NCBI RefSeq assembly: GCF_030684315.1
Contig: NC_081387.1
Span: 11,262,867-11,326,866, forward strand
Direction: 5' to 3'
DNA: 64,000 bases
Source of the DNA: Stegostoma tigrinum
Taxonomy: Eukaryota
This document shows, piece by piece, positions 53,001 through 63,787 of the stretch. The notes under the pieces were generated by a model. It had not been told where the DNA came from. It worked only from the letters and a program-made list of their open reading frames with translations, and made no database searches. Numbering within the stretch: position 1 is the stretch's first letter; the number at the start of each line of letters is the position of its first letter. The position numbers and the translations under genes were made by a program.

Positions 53001-56000
53001 TATGTCAGTTTATGTTTTCAATCGATGATTAAGTTCGATCAAGGCCAATGAAAAATATTAGTTATGGGCTCTGACAGTTAACGATTCTGTTATCACATTC
53101 CTTTCTCCACAGCCATTCCTGCGCACCACACAGAGTTGAAACGTTGCGCACTATTCACTGACCATCATTCTAACCTTGCCTGTTCTTTGTATAGACTTTC
53201 GCACAGGTAATGAGGGGAACAGCACAGCCGAGTCCAAGCCAACTGTTTCTCCATTTGTGTTTGCAATGGCGGTGGTGGTGCCTGTCCTGATCATCATTGT
53301 CGTGACAGTTATTGTCAAATACTCCCGAAAGACTGGTAAAAAAAATATTAATTTGCCTCAGTATGTCGTAGAATTATACGCGATGGAACCAAACCTTTTA
53401 GTCCACTCTTCCACGCCAACTGGTTTACCAAACTGAACTCATCCCATTTGTCCACGTTTGACTCAGAATACTTTAAATCTTTCCTGTTCACGTTCCTGTC
53501 GAAGTGTCTTTTTAAGTATCGTAACTATACCTGCATTTACCGCTCCCTCTGGTAGTTCATCCCACATAAGAAGCACTCTCTGTGTGAAACGCTGCCCCTC
53601 CGGACCCTTTTAATTTTTTTCCCTCTCACATTAAACCTGTGCCCTCTAGTTTTCAACTCCACTACTCTCGGGTAATGACCTTTACATGTTCTTCCTTTTA
53701 ATGTTCTGGACGACCAGAACTGTATGCCATACTCCAAAAGTGGCCTCACCGACGTCCTGTCTAATGGCAACATGACATCCCAATACATCGAAAACTCAAG
53801 GCTCTGAGCGATGAAAGTGAGAGTGCCAAACGCCTTCTTCACCACCCTCTCTATCTGCTCCGTCAGTTTCAAGGAAACATGTACCTGAACCCCTCGCTCT
53901 CTGTGTTCCACACGGCCTTGCTATTAACTTCGTAAGTCCTGTTCTGGTTTGTCTTACTAAACCTCGCGTATTGTCATTACGAGCGACACTAACTTTGCAA
54001 GTTTTCACCTTATAAGCCGGCCAGGCTGAGTTGGAAGGCCGCCTATAAACGCGTCCGATTCTGCTCATCTGTTGCTTTGAATTGAGAGTAGAATTGGGGC
54101 TTTCGGTGAGTGAAAGAAGCGCTGCCTCCTTCACGCCAGGCCATTAGCCAGTTTCAGCTGATGTGGTTAATGTGTCGGACACATTATATCTGTAAGAAGT
54201 AAACTCAGTTATGGGCTCTGACAGTTAACGAACTTTATCACATTCCTTTCTCCACAGCCATTCCTGAGCAACTCGAAAGGTAACTGGCTACAATAAAATC
54301 CGTTATTTAATATCCAGACTAGCATTTCCTTTGTTGTCTGCGTTTTCTTCAACATCTAACCTCCGTGCTGTCCTTTTATATTTTGTAACAGGTCAAATCC
54401 CCTATATGCAGACATCCATGACAGAGGTGAGTAACGCAGGGAAATATGCGTAATATCTCATTTGAAACAAATACTGGTTTAATGCAGTGATTTCGACTTC
54501 TAATTGATGGCGTGGTTAATGGATTTACCTGTAAATTATAATCTGACAATCTGTCAGGAACTAGAGCAGAAAGATTCATGACGACTTGGAAAAAGCAAAG
54601 AGAGAACCTGTGGATTTTCTCTTCTTTCTAACTCAACGAACCACCATGATCAGGAATACATTGGCTGGTGGGAAGGCTGGTGGATGACGACGAGCTAAAC
54701 ATTCACTGTGAAACAGGCGTTTACTTGAAAGGAGACCAAGTGCAGGATTAAATGGGAAGTGGCACTGATCGGCAGCACCCCCAGAGGGTTAGCCTGTGCA
54801 GGACTGGCCGAATGACCTCCCTGGGCTCGACTGATTGTATAATCCAAGAGCCCTTGCTCCCAGCCTGTCATTCAATAAGAAATATTTGACATTGCCGTTT
54901 ACAAGCATGCTGCTTTCAAATAAGCCATGTTGTATCGGAATTATAGCGCCAGATGCTATATTTTACTGTATAAGTTCAGTCAGGTGTATCAAATTAGACG
55001 ATACTAATCCCCTCTCTGTTTTCCAGAGACCAATTCTGCTCGCTTTGAATGCAGAAGAACCGATCTGGTATGTAACGTTAATTACTCAATGATTCAACTT
55101 GGCGAGCTGCTTGTTAATATTTCCAGTTAGATTATAATTATCGTAATTGTGCAGCTCGAGTTAAAGAAGCGAGACTCTTGTAGCACTGCCTCGGAATACC
55201 TCTGGTTCAGAAGATCTGGAACCTTGCCCCACCTGCTCCAGAAGTGTTGTAACCTCTCTGAACAAATTGGTCCAAACACATCTGGATAACTAAGGAAGGT
55301 TCGGGGAGTAGATTGGTCTCTCTGGGAATGGGTGTGAGATTTTCAGCTTTCCACACTGGCTTGCATTGTGTCCCTTTCCCAAGGCAAGTTGCGAGCAGAG
55401 CCGCGGTATTGGCAACGAATAGAAGTATCGGAATTCAACAACGGGGAGCCCAGGGAATGTGTGAAATGGAAAACTGAGAAGGATCCAGAATTCAAAAGAA
55501 AAAGAAAAAGCTCGTTTGAGATGAGGAGAGAGTTTTTCACAAGGAGTGTTGCAACCTTCGGGTGGCATCATTGTGACACTGCAGGAGGCCACCGGATTTC
55601 TCTAGCCCAGATTGTTCGCTCAATGAGTTCATCACACACTGAGATCGGTAGATTAGTCAGATCGTAAGGACGGAAGAGGGCATGGTGGGCGGGAAAACGG
55701 ATTTGACGTATCCAGGTTTTTAACCGACCCGTTCAGGCATGCTATTACACAAGTCTGGGATTAGATGGGATTAGAAGTAGGGTCTCCTTGCTCAGAGCTT
55801 TGCACACTACCAATATGGCGTGGACCCAACCACCGTCAACTGCTTTATCAATGACCTTGGAAGCACACCTAGTTATCTCAGTGCGTGAATGGTCACTGGA
55901 CCCGAGATGTAGTCTCTGATTTCCCTCATAAGACCTGTTGACATTTTCCAGCAATTTCTGTTTCAGTCTCTCAGTATCTATTGGGTGTACAGAAAGTGGG

Positions 56001-56635
56001 TGTTTTTGTTTTGCGACAATGTACTGTGTATTCGTAATTCTGTCTTCCATTGAAGCGTGTCTAGTTCTAAACTCTACCACGTTTTGTTCTCGTTATTTTG
56101 GTCCTAAAATAAGCTCTGGATCAAACTTCGCTGACACGTTTCAGCATTACAACTGTTAACTTTAAGGGGTTAATTTTAGCTGAAATTGTGCATTAGCTGT
56201 TTTGCAATCAATCTCCTTATTATACCCTTTGAAGCAAAATCAAACGCTCTTGTTTATTTCAAGGGCTTAGCAGATATTGTCTCTCGTTACTACTTTAAAC
56301 CAGACTGCTTTTCACCAACCTCTGCTCCAAATGCATCGTTACTTCTTTCTGCTGTCGTTTCCGAGCATACTTTTAAATAGATGACTCTGCCGTCCTGAAC
56401 GATTGCGTCCCCTGTTCTTGATTTTAACGGTCGTTTATTGAATAATTGACATATAGAGTCACTTTGATTGTGCGGAGGATGGTGTTATTTGCTTGAACAG
56501 CGTGTCTCAGGTTGTGTTTTAGACCCTATACTATGTTTGACTCGTGGTTCTGCACTCGATTTGCATCTGCTAATGCGAACGCTTTAACCTCAACAGGGCG
56601 ATGGTGAGGCTCTGTACACAGAGATCAATGCGTAG
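50058..56635 (+). CDS. NCR3: NCR3/NKp30-like Ig receptor copy 2, 8 coding exons (50058-50100, 51747-52088, 52181-52240, 53207-53335, 54258-54279, 54392-54426, 55027-55067, 56597-56635), ~236 aa
   Basis: All junctions are GT-AG with compatible phases (sum 711 nt). Signal peptide MYCITVTWITAVLS/AVAVG, V domain, S/T stalk, TM, and tail AIPEQLERSNPLYADIHDRETNSARFECRRTDLGDGEALYTEINA*. The stalk exon could alternatively end at 52339. AATAAA at 57032-57037. Confidence 0.75.
51747..52088 (+). CDS. NCR3: VJ-type Ig V-set exon of the NKp30 family
   Basis: LGCTY...IGSYTWH...EVSNNTAEFRGRV...DASIRI.DLKPEDTGFYICEV...YGAGTTLTV mirrors human NKp30 motifs (IGSVTWF, EVRNGTPEFRGRL, GNGTRLVV). Phase 1 splice sites ttacag| and |gtaagt. 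Confidence 0.92.
53365..53960 (-). mobile_element. CR1 LINE 3' fragment (intronic); further CR1 pieces at ~49060-49855 and ~50680-51100
   Basis: Minus ORF 53537-53911 VVKKAFGTLTFIAQ...VRPLLEYGIQFWS...TRGHRFNVRG. Confidence 0.8.
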
Positions 56636-57261
56636 GTAGGCAGTCGATCGAAGACCCTGGTGAGCAAACAAACGGTGGTGTACGCCACAGTGAAGAAAGA
56701 GCGGCAGAAACCATCCATTCCTGTGAAAGATCGCCACAGGGCGATAGATACAATCTCCTAAGACATTCCCCCGCCTCTCCCACCAGCAATCACCCGGTCT
56801 TTCTCCGTTAATTCCGACAGAAACTCTGGATGGCGCCTGGAGCTCGGGTGCTGGTGAGAGAAAATTGCCACTACTTGTCCCCCTTGCTGAGCGAGCTCCG
56901 TCCGTTTACGAACCTGTTGCAAGGACTTGCCATCTATTGAACATTTAGGCTGTTAGTTGTTAGTGGTGAACTTTTGCCGCCTTCGTATGAGATACCTTCA
57001 CCCTCCTTTTTGAGCGGTGTCGTGCCACTTAAATAAACAGGTTGAAGCAAATGTTAGAAGTGCAACCAACATCCTGAGTGTTCATGCTCGTCGCTATCCA
57101 AATGCACCCTGTTTCGTGACATAGACCCACCAGCATAATCAGAATCCGGGCGCTATTGATAGTTCCTAACATTCCCTGGCAGTCGAGCCAAGTTGTCCTT
57201 TTGTCAATTACTGCTTTGTTTAAAATGACAATCTTAAATTCAGTTTAACGGAAGGGCACTC

Positions 57262-57800
57262 TGTACGTGTGTGTGTACCTGTGTCNNNNNNNNNNNNNNN
57301 NNNNNNNNNNNNNNNNNNNNNNNNNNNNNNNNNNNNNNNNNNNNNNNNNNNNNNNNNNNNNNNNNNNNNNNNNNNNNNNNNNNNNNNNNNNNNNNNNNNN
57401 NNNNNNNNNNNNNNNNNNNNNNNNNNNNNNNNNNNNNNNNNNNNNNNNNNNNNNNNNNNNNNNNNNNNNNNNNNNNNNNNNNNNNNNNNNNNNNNNNNNN
57501 NTGTGCGTGTTTGTGTGTGTATCTGTGNNNNNNNNNNNNNNNNNNNNNNNNNNNNNNNNNNNNNNNNNNNNNNNNNNNNNNNNNNNNNNNNNNNNNNNNN
57601 NNNNNNNNNNNNNNNNNNNNNNNNNNNNNNNNNNNNNNNNNNNNNNNNNNNNNNNNNNNNNNNNNNNNNNNNNNNNNNNNNNNNNNNNNNNNNNNNNNNN
57701 NNNNNNNNNNNNNNNNNNNNNNNNNNNNNNNNNNNNNNNNNNNNNNNNNNNNNNNNNNNNNNNNNNNNNNNNNNNNNNNNNNNNNNNNNNNNNNNNNNNN
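57262..57800. repeat. (GT)-rich simple repeat with assembly gaps (N 57286-57501, 57528-57800)
   Basis: Direct inspection. Confidence 0.9.
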
Positions 57801-58233
57801 AAGAACAGCCATGTGCGGCGGTAATGACAGAGTCCCTGCCGTGCAGAAAGAGGCATTTCAGCCCATCAAGTCCTGACTGGCCCTCGAAAGTATATCCAGC
57901 CCCCGGCTCAGCCCCGTAACTTACCCTTTAACCCGACTTTTCCCATGGCTAACCCACCTAGCCTGGACACTATGGGACAATTTCCTATAGTCAATCAATT
58001 TAACCTGAGCATCTTTGGACTGGGGGAGGAAACAGAAAAGGACAGGGGAGAACGTGCAAGTATAAGGCGACATTTTCTGGCATCTTCAGTGAATGGACCG
58101 CGGGAGATAAGGGAGCCAGTTCCCTTGGGATTGCTGGAGAGGCCAAAAATAACTGCAGATGCTGGAATCCAGATAGACAATCAGGAGGCTGGAAGAAAAC
58201 AGCAGGCCAGGCAGCATCTGGAGGTGCGGAGCA

Positions 58234-58436
58234 GAGATAATGGGAACTGCAGATGCTGGAGAATCCGAGATAACAAAGTGTGTAGCTGGATGAACACAGC
58301 AGGCCAAGCAGCATCTCAGGAGCACCAAAGCTAACGTTTCGGGCCTAGACACTTCTAGGCCCGAAACGTCAGCTTTTGTGCTCCTGAGATGCTGCTTGGC
58401 CTGCGGTGTTCATCCAGCTCCACACTTTGTTATCTT
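58234..58436. mobile_element. Palindromic non-autonomous Penelope family A derivative inserted in a related older element (58143-58485)
   Basis: Arms 58234-58349 and 58354-58436 join at gggcctaga-cact-tctaggccc. Flanked by ggaggtgcggagcag (58220-58234) and ggaggtaaggagcag (58437-58451). Confidence 0.85.
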
Positions 58437-59036
58437 GGAGGTAAGGAGCAGTCAGGTTTCGGCTATCACCATTCTTCAGGACTGCGTTGACTGCTGCTTT
58501 ACTCCAGATGCTCCCTTGGGAATGTAAAGCTGATTAATTCCGGACGCCTTTTAGGAAGTTCTTCCTGATAAAAAGGCATCATCGCAGGCGAAGGTAAATG
58601 TTGGTCTTCAGCATCGCAGCGTGTAATGGATGGAAGGTTCCTCCGTGTCCCACAGACTTCACCGTAGTTTTCCCGCATCGGTTAGAGTTCTGTATGACTT
58701 TTCCAGCTCATTCTCCCTACCTCGCCACCGATCACCGCGCCCCCCCCCCCCCCCACCCCCGATCGACAGACTGCGCAGTAAATGCCTTGAAATGTAGCCA
58801 TTACTCACTGCTGCATTACGGAAAAATATAACTGCAAATTTTTGCCACTTCCCATTTTTCCCTTTGGGTTTTGATTTGATACTCTTGAGCTTCCCCTTTG
58901 GTCACCCTGACGCTCTATACCAGCAGCGCCTTCCATGACTCGGGGCGACCCGTTAAATTTTACCTCCAATGAAATAGATCCCTAATTAGAATGGGAGTTG
59001 AAAAATAAGGCTGAAATGCAGAGGAATTTCATGGGA

Positions 59037-60209
59037 TAATGGGAACTGCAGATGCTGGAGAATCCAAGATAACAAAGTGTGAAGCTGGATGAACTCAGCA
59101 GGCCAAGCAGCATCTCAGGAGCACACATTCCTCACACCCCGCCCCCGCCACAATCGCCCCAAGAGGATCCCCCTCGTTCTCACATACCACCCCACCAACC
59201 TCCGGATACAACGCATCATCCTCCGACACTTCCGCCATCTACAATCCGACCCCACCACCCAAGCCATTTTTTCATCCCCACCCCGTCTGCTTTCAGGAGA
59301 GACCACTCTCCGTGACTCCCTTGTTCGCTCCACACTGCCCTCCAACCCCACCACACCCTGCACCTTCCCCTGCAACCGCAGGAAGTGCTACACTTGCCCC
59401 CACACCTCCTCCCTCACCCCCATCCCAGGCCCCAAGATGACCTTCCATATTAAGCAGATGTTCACCTGCACGTCTGCCAATGTGGTATAGTGTATCCATT
59501 GTACCGGGTATGGCTTCATCTACATTGGGGAACCCAAGCGGAGGCTTGGGGACCGCTTTGCAGAACACCTCCGCTCGGCTCGCAATAAACAACTGCACCT
59601 CCTAGTCGCGAACCATTTTAGCTCCCCCTCCCATTCCTCAGACGACATGTCCATCATGGGCCTCCTGCAGTGTCACAATGATGCCACCCGAAGGTTGCAA
59701 GAACAGTAACTCATATTCCGCTTGGGAACCCTGCAGCCCGATGGTATCAATGTGGACTTCACAAGCTTCAAAATCTCCCCTTCCCCCACTGCATCCCACA
59801 ACCAGCCCAGTTCGTCCCCTCCCCCCACTGCATCACAAAACCAGCCCAGCTCGTCCCCTCCCCCCACTACATCCCAAAACCAGCCCAGCCTGTCTCCGCT
59901 TCCCTAACCTGTTCTTCCTCTCACTCATCCCTTCCTCCCACCTCAAACCACACCTCCATTTCCTACCTACTACCTCATCCCGCCTCCTTGACCTGTCCAT
60001 CTTTCCCGGACTGACATGTCCCCTCCCTACCTCCCCACCTATACTCTCTTCTCCATCTTCGGTCCGCCTCCCCCTCTCTCTCTATTTATTCCAGAACCGT
60101 TTCCCCATCCCCCTCTCTGATGAAGGGTCTAGGTCCAAAACGTCAGCTTTTGTGCTCCTGAGATGCTGCTTGGCCTGCTGTGTTCATCCAGCTTCACACT
60201 TTGTTATCT
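59037..60209 (+). mobile_element. 5'-truncated, decayed Penelope family A copy with short inverted 5' arm
   Basis: Linker and GIY-YIG region with stops. Inverted arm 59037-59124. TSD aggaatttcatggga at 59022-59036 and 60210-60224. The hammerhead core is mutated (GAAA to AAAA near 60137). Confidence 0.9.
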
Positions 60210-62645
60210 AGGAATTTCATGGGAAGAAGTTTCACTTTTAACAGCTCAACAGTGATATTATGGAAAACCTATATGTGAAATCAGGGAAGAGCTACGAAAA
60301 AAAAGGGTCCCTTTGGGTCAGTGGATTGATTGAATAAGCTAGGGCCACAAACTTCCTCGCTGAGTCCACGTTTTAGAAACTTCTAACAAGCAAACAAATC
60401 GAGGTACTAAACTCATTCTGAGGACAGATATAAAGGATATTTTCGGGCTCCCCTTGTGGCGATATGGTAATGCCCAAGTCCAGCCTGTGCTAGATGTGTG
60501 TAATAACCTCTCGGAATACGTCGACAGAAAAAAAAAACAGGTCAATTATTTCAGTTCTAGAAAAGGATACTGAGGGAGCATCTTGTGATGCACTCGTAGT
60601 GTCCCTACATCTAAGGCAGGAAGCCTGGCATCTAGTCCCACCTTGTCCGCAGATGTGTTAGAATACATCTGAGCATGTTGCTTAAAATATCTATTGATCA
60701 TAGCGACTGCAGGTGACCAAAACATGTGACCAGTTTCACTAACAGACCAAGTGGAGCATCCATTTCCAATGTGAAACCAGGTCACAATGCAGACTAACCA
60801 ATTCCATGGAGCACTTTCCTCTGTCAGATGCGATCCGATCTTTACATAGTCTAAAACCAATTCCGGGTGTCACAAAGTACTCTGACAGCAGGGTCCACTT
60901 GGATTCAGGCGGTCATGCTTCAGTCATAATCATATTATATTCTAACTCTAATTCTAATGGTGAAAACCAAAATCTAAAAGCGTAACCCAGTCCTAATGCT
61001 ATCCCCGAGCGACAGCACACTATCATAATCTTTAACGGTAAGACCCGAACCCATCCGGCCAATCCACCTCCAACCACTAGAAGATTTGGTCAGCCATCAC
61101 AGATTATCCCAACAAGGAGCTCCGAAGTGATTTTTAAAAAAAGTATATCCCCAGAAAATGCAAAACTTAATTATGATGCCCATGCTGAACAGACAACAAA
61201 GACATTCGACCATGTCCATTTAAATTGGTTTATTATAACCACAGGATGACAGCGGAATTTAGCACATTATCTTCTCAGCTCCATACATACTGCTGGCCTG
61301 CCTCCTGCTTCCCACTTTGTCGCACTAATCCAAGCAGTCAGTAGCTCTTCCACAGTGTATGGCTTTTCTAATTATGGTGGATTGATTCCCACAGAGCTCC
61401 TATTTGTGTACTTCATTTACAAGGGCTCTTGGCTACCCGATATCAATCACTTGTTCTATCTCATTGGTGCAAACTCCAAAGCAGAACAATGCTTGGAATA
61501 ACCTTCCCGCTCATCGTAACGCTATTCACAGGTCATTTTGTGGTTTGATGTTGTCCTTTAAATCCTGCCAGAGATACTTGTTGATTTTTTAAAAAATAAA
61601 CTGAGTCCACCTTTTTAGTTCAGGAATGGGAACAAAGATTCGTGTAACCTCAAGCTGACTTTCTGGAACACACCATTCTCCTTTCTTGTGGACAGACCGG
61701 AATCCTCCCCGCTTTGAAATATAGTAGAGGCAGCCTAGGCCCGAAGTATTATAATTCTTTCAAGGCAAGTTTAAGGCGCTGCGTTCCGCGTGTAATTTGA
61801 TCAGTCCACCACTAGGCTTTAAGAAAAACATACTTTATTCTTACACCACCGTAAAAATTCAATGACGAGAAGAACTGGCATAACTTTAACTCTATTGAAA
61901 TACCTTCCAGAATAATATATGATATCACGACGGATCATCAGCTGCTCCAATATTGGCAGCATCCCACAGACATACCCTTCGGCAAAGCGATTAGGAAAAC
62001 AGTGTTATTCTCACGTGCTGTCTTTCTCTAGTTCAGCCAAAATAAATATTGCAAACAAAAAGGAAATGTGCCTCTTTTATTTCTACCAGGACAAACTTTC
62101 ACTCCAAGTCGTCACTAGCAGCAGGGAGAGCTCTGCATAATTAACTCCAGCAGCCAGTTAACTCGAAATGAAACTTCTGTGCGAGTCTGGCCCTGCAGTC
62201 TCGCGCTTCTTATGTCTATGTTTTTAAACAAAGGTAGAACTAAAAAATTCCAACAACCAGACATTCTGGCACCACACCTCTCTCTTAAATGCACAGTCCT
62301 TCCACCTCCCCCACCCCCTCCACCACCACCCCGCCACGTAAATCAGTTGTGATTTCCTCCTTCCCATCATCCACTCTGGCTTGTAAGGAAAGATTCCTTG
62401 AAAGGAGGAAAGAGACATTGAACTTGGAGATAACAACACTAGGATTTCTAGTGACTGGGGCTGCTAACTCTTAAGATTTTCAAAGCTCCCATTCCTGACT
62501 TCAGTCAGTCAGTCCAATCCTTTCCTTGAGTCTCTGGGCTCACAGCCATCTGCACCTCAAGTCCCATGTGAGATAAACCCTAATCAACCTGCCCAGAGAT
62601 GGGTACGACATATTTCTGGCTGTGGTGGGACTTGAACCCGGATGG

Positions 62646-62847
62646 CCCCCTGACCAGTTGAGGAAGGCTCCAGCTGAACCCAGTTACCAGATAGGGCCCC
62701 TTTTTCTATTCTGGACGAGGGGTTTCATACGGTGGGGAAAGGCGCGGTGGGGAAAGACCACGGTATGGAACACCTCGTCCAGAATAGAAAAAAGGGCCCT
62801 ATCTGGTAACTGGGCCCAGCTGGAGCATTCCTCAACTGGTCAGGGGG
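62646..62847. repeat. 90-bp inverted repeat with 22-nt spacer
   Basis: 62646-62735 pairs with 62758-62847 with 7 mismatches. Confidence 0.92.
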
Positions 62848-63048
62848 ACAACGGGGACTGTGCGGGGAGACGACTGCTGGGGAATATCCTTTGCTTTGTT
62901 TTTCTTTTCTTATTTGTTTTGTTTTTGCCTTTAGTTGGTGTACGTACCCCCTGGGTAACCCGGAGCGGCTTGCATGACTGGGTGGGTGTATAAATGTTTT
63001 ATTTTCTGTACATTCTATGAATAAAGTATATTTTTTCAAATAAAATAA
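62738..63048 (+). mobile_element. Probable Tx1/L1-clade LINE 3' end
   Basis: KARWGKTTV resembles, from recollection, the ORF2 C-terminus of a Tx1-type LINE. T-rich 3' UTR, AATAAA near 63020 and an A-rich tail. Confidence 0.45.
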
Positions 63049-63539
63049 GGTGACGGATTGTCTGAAAACGAACCTTCCAGCTCAGCGAGCAAACTCCCAT
63101 CAGGGATTCAAGTTAGAGGATGGCTATGATAGTACTGGAGAGGATACGGGAGAGATTTATCTGAATGTTGCCTGGACCGGTGTGTTTTATTGATGCGGAG
63201 AGATGGGACGCACTGTTTTCCTTAGAGCAGAAGAGATTGAGAAGGGTCGTGACTGAGATGTATAAAATTATGAGGGACACAGAGTAGACATCAAGAAGCG
63301 TTTTCCCTTTTTTGTGGAGGGGTCAATAACTAGGGGACGCAGATTTGAGGTAAGGGGCAGGAGGTTTAGAGGGGATGCAATGAAAGCCTTTTCACGTTGC
63401 GTGTGGTGGGAATCTGGAACTCTCTGCCTGTCGGGATGGTAATGACAGAAATCCTCACAATATTTAATAAGCATTTAGATGTGCAGCGAAGTGCATGTGC
63501 CAAGTGATGGAAAATTGGCTTATAAAAGTTAGGTACGAA

Positions 63540-63787
63540 ATAAAAACCGAAAGAACTGCTGATGCTGTAAATCAGGAACAAAAACAAAGTTGCTGGAAAA
63601 GCTCAGCAGGTCTGGCAGCATCTGTGAAGGGAAAAACGGGGTTAACGTTTCGCGACCGGTGACCCGAAACGTTAACTCTGCTCTGAGTTCTGAGGAAGGG
63701 TCACCGAACCAGAAATGTTAACTCGGTTTTTCCCTTCACAGATGCTGCCAGACCTGCTGAGCTTTTCCAGCAACTTCTGTTCTTGTT
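63540..63787. mobile_element. Palindromic Penelope-derived family B element with hammerhead motif, inserted in a CR1 3' end (63130-63870)
   Basis: Arms ~63577-63652 and ~63711-63787 are reverse complements. Plus-strand gagttCTGAGGAagggtcaccgaaccaGAAATGTTaactc has a 5-bp stem I (gagtt/aactc). Imperfect TSD ataaaagttaggtac / acaagagttgggtac. Confidence 0.8.

Noticed and set aside
57240-57919. Long ORFs across 45529-45949 and 57240-57919
   Set aside because: Artefacts of N runs translated as X.
60111-60150. Active hammerhead in the 59-60 kb Penelope copy
   Set aside because: The conserved GAAA is mutated to AAAA and stem II is altered.
61690-62260. Possible reverse-oriented solo LTR (also ~17600-18240)
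   Set aside because: Composition is suggestive only. Termini and TSD could not be fixed by eye.
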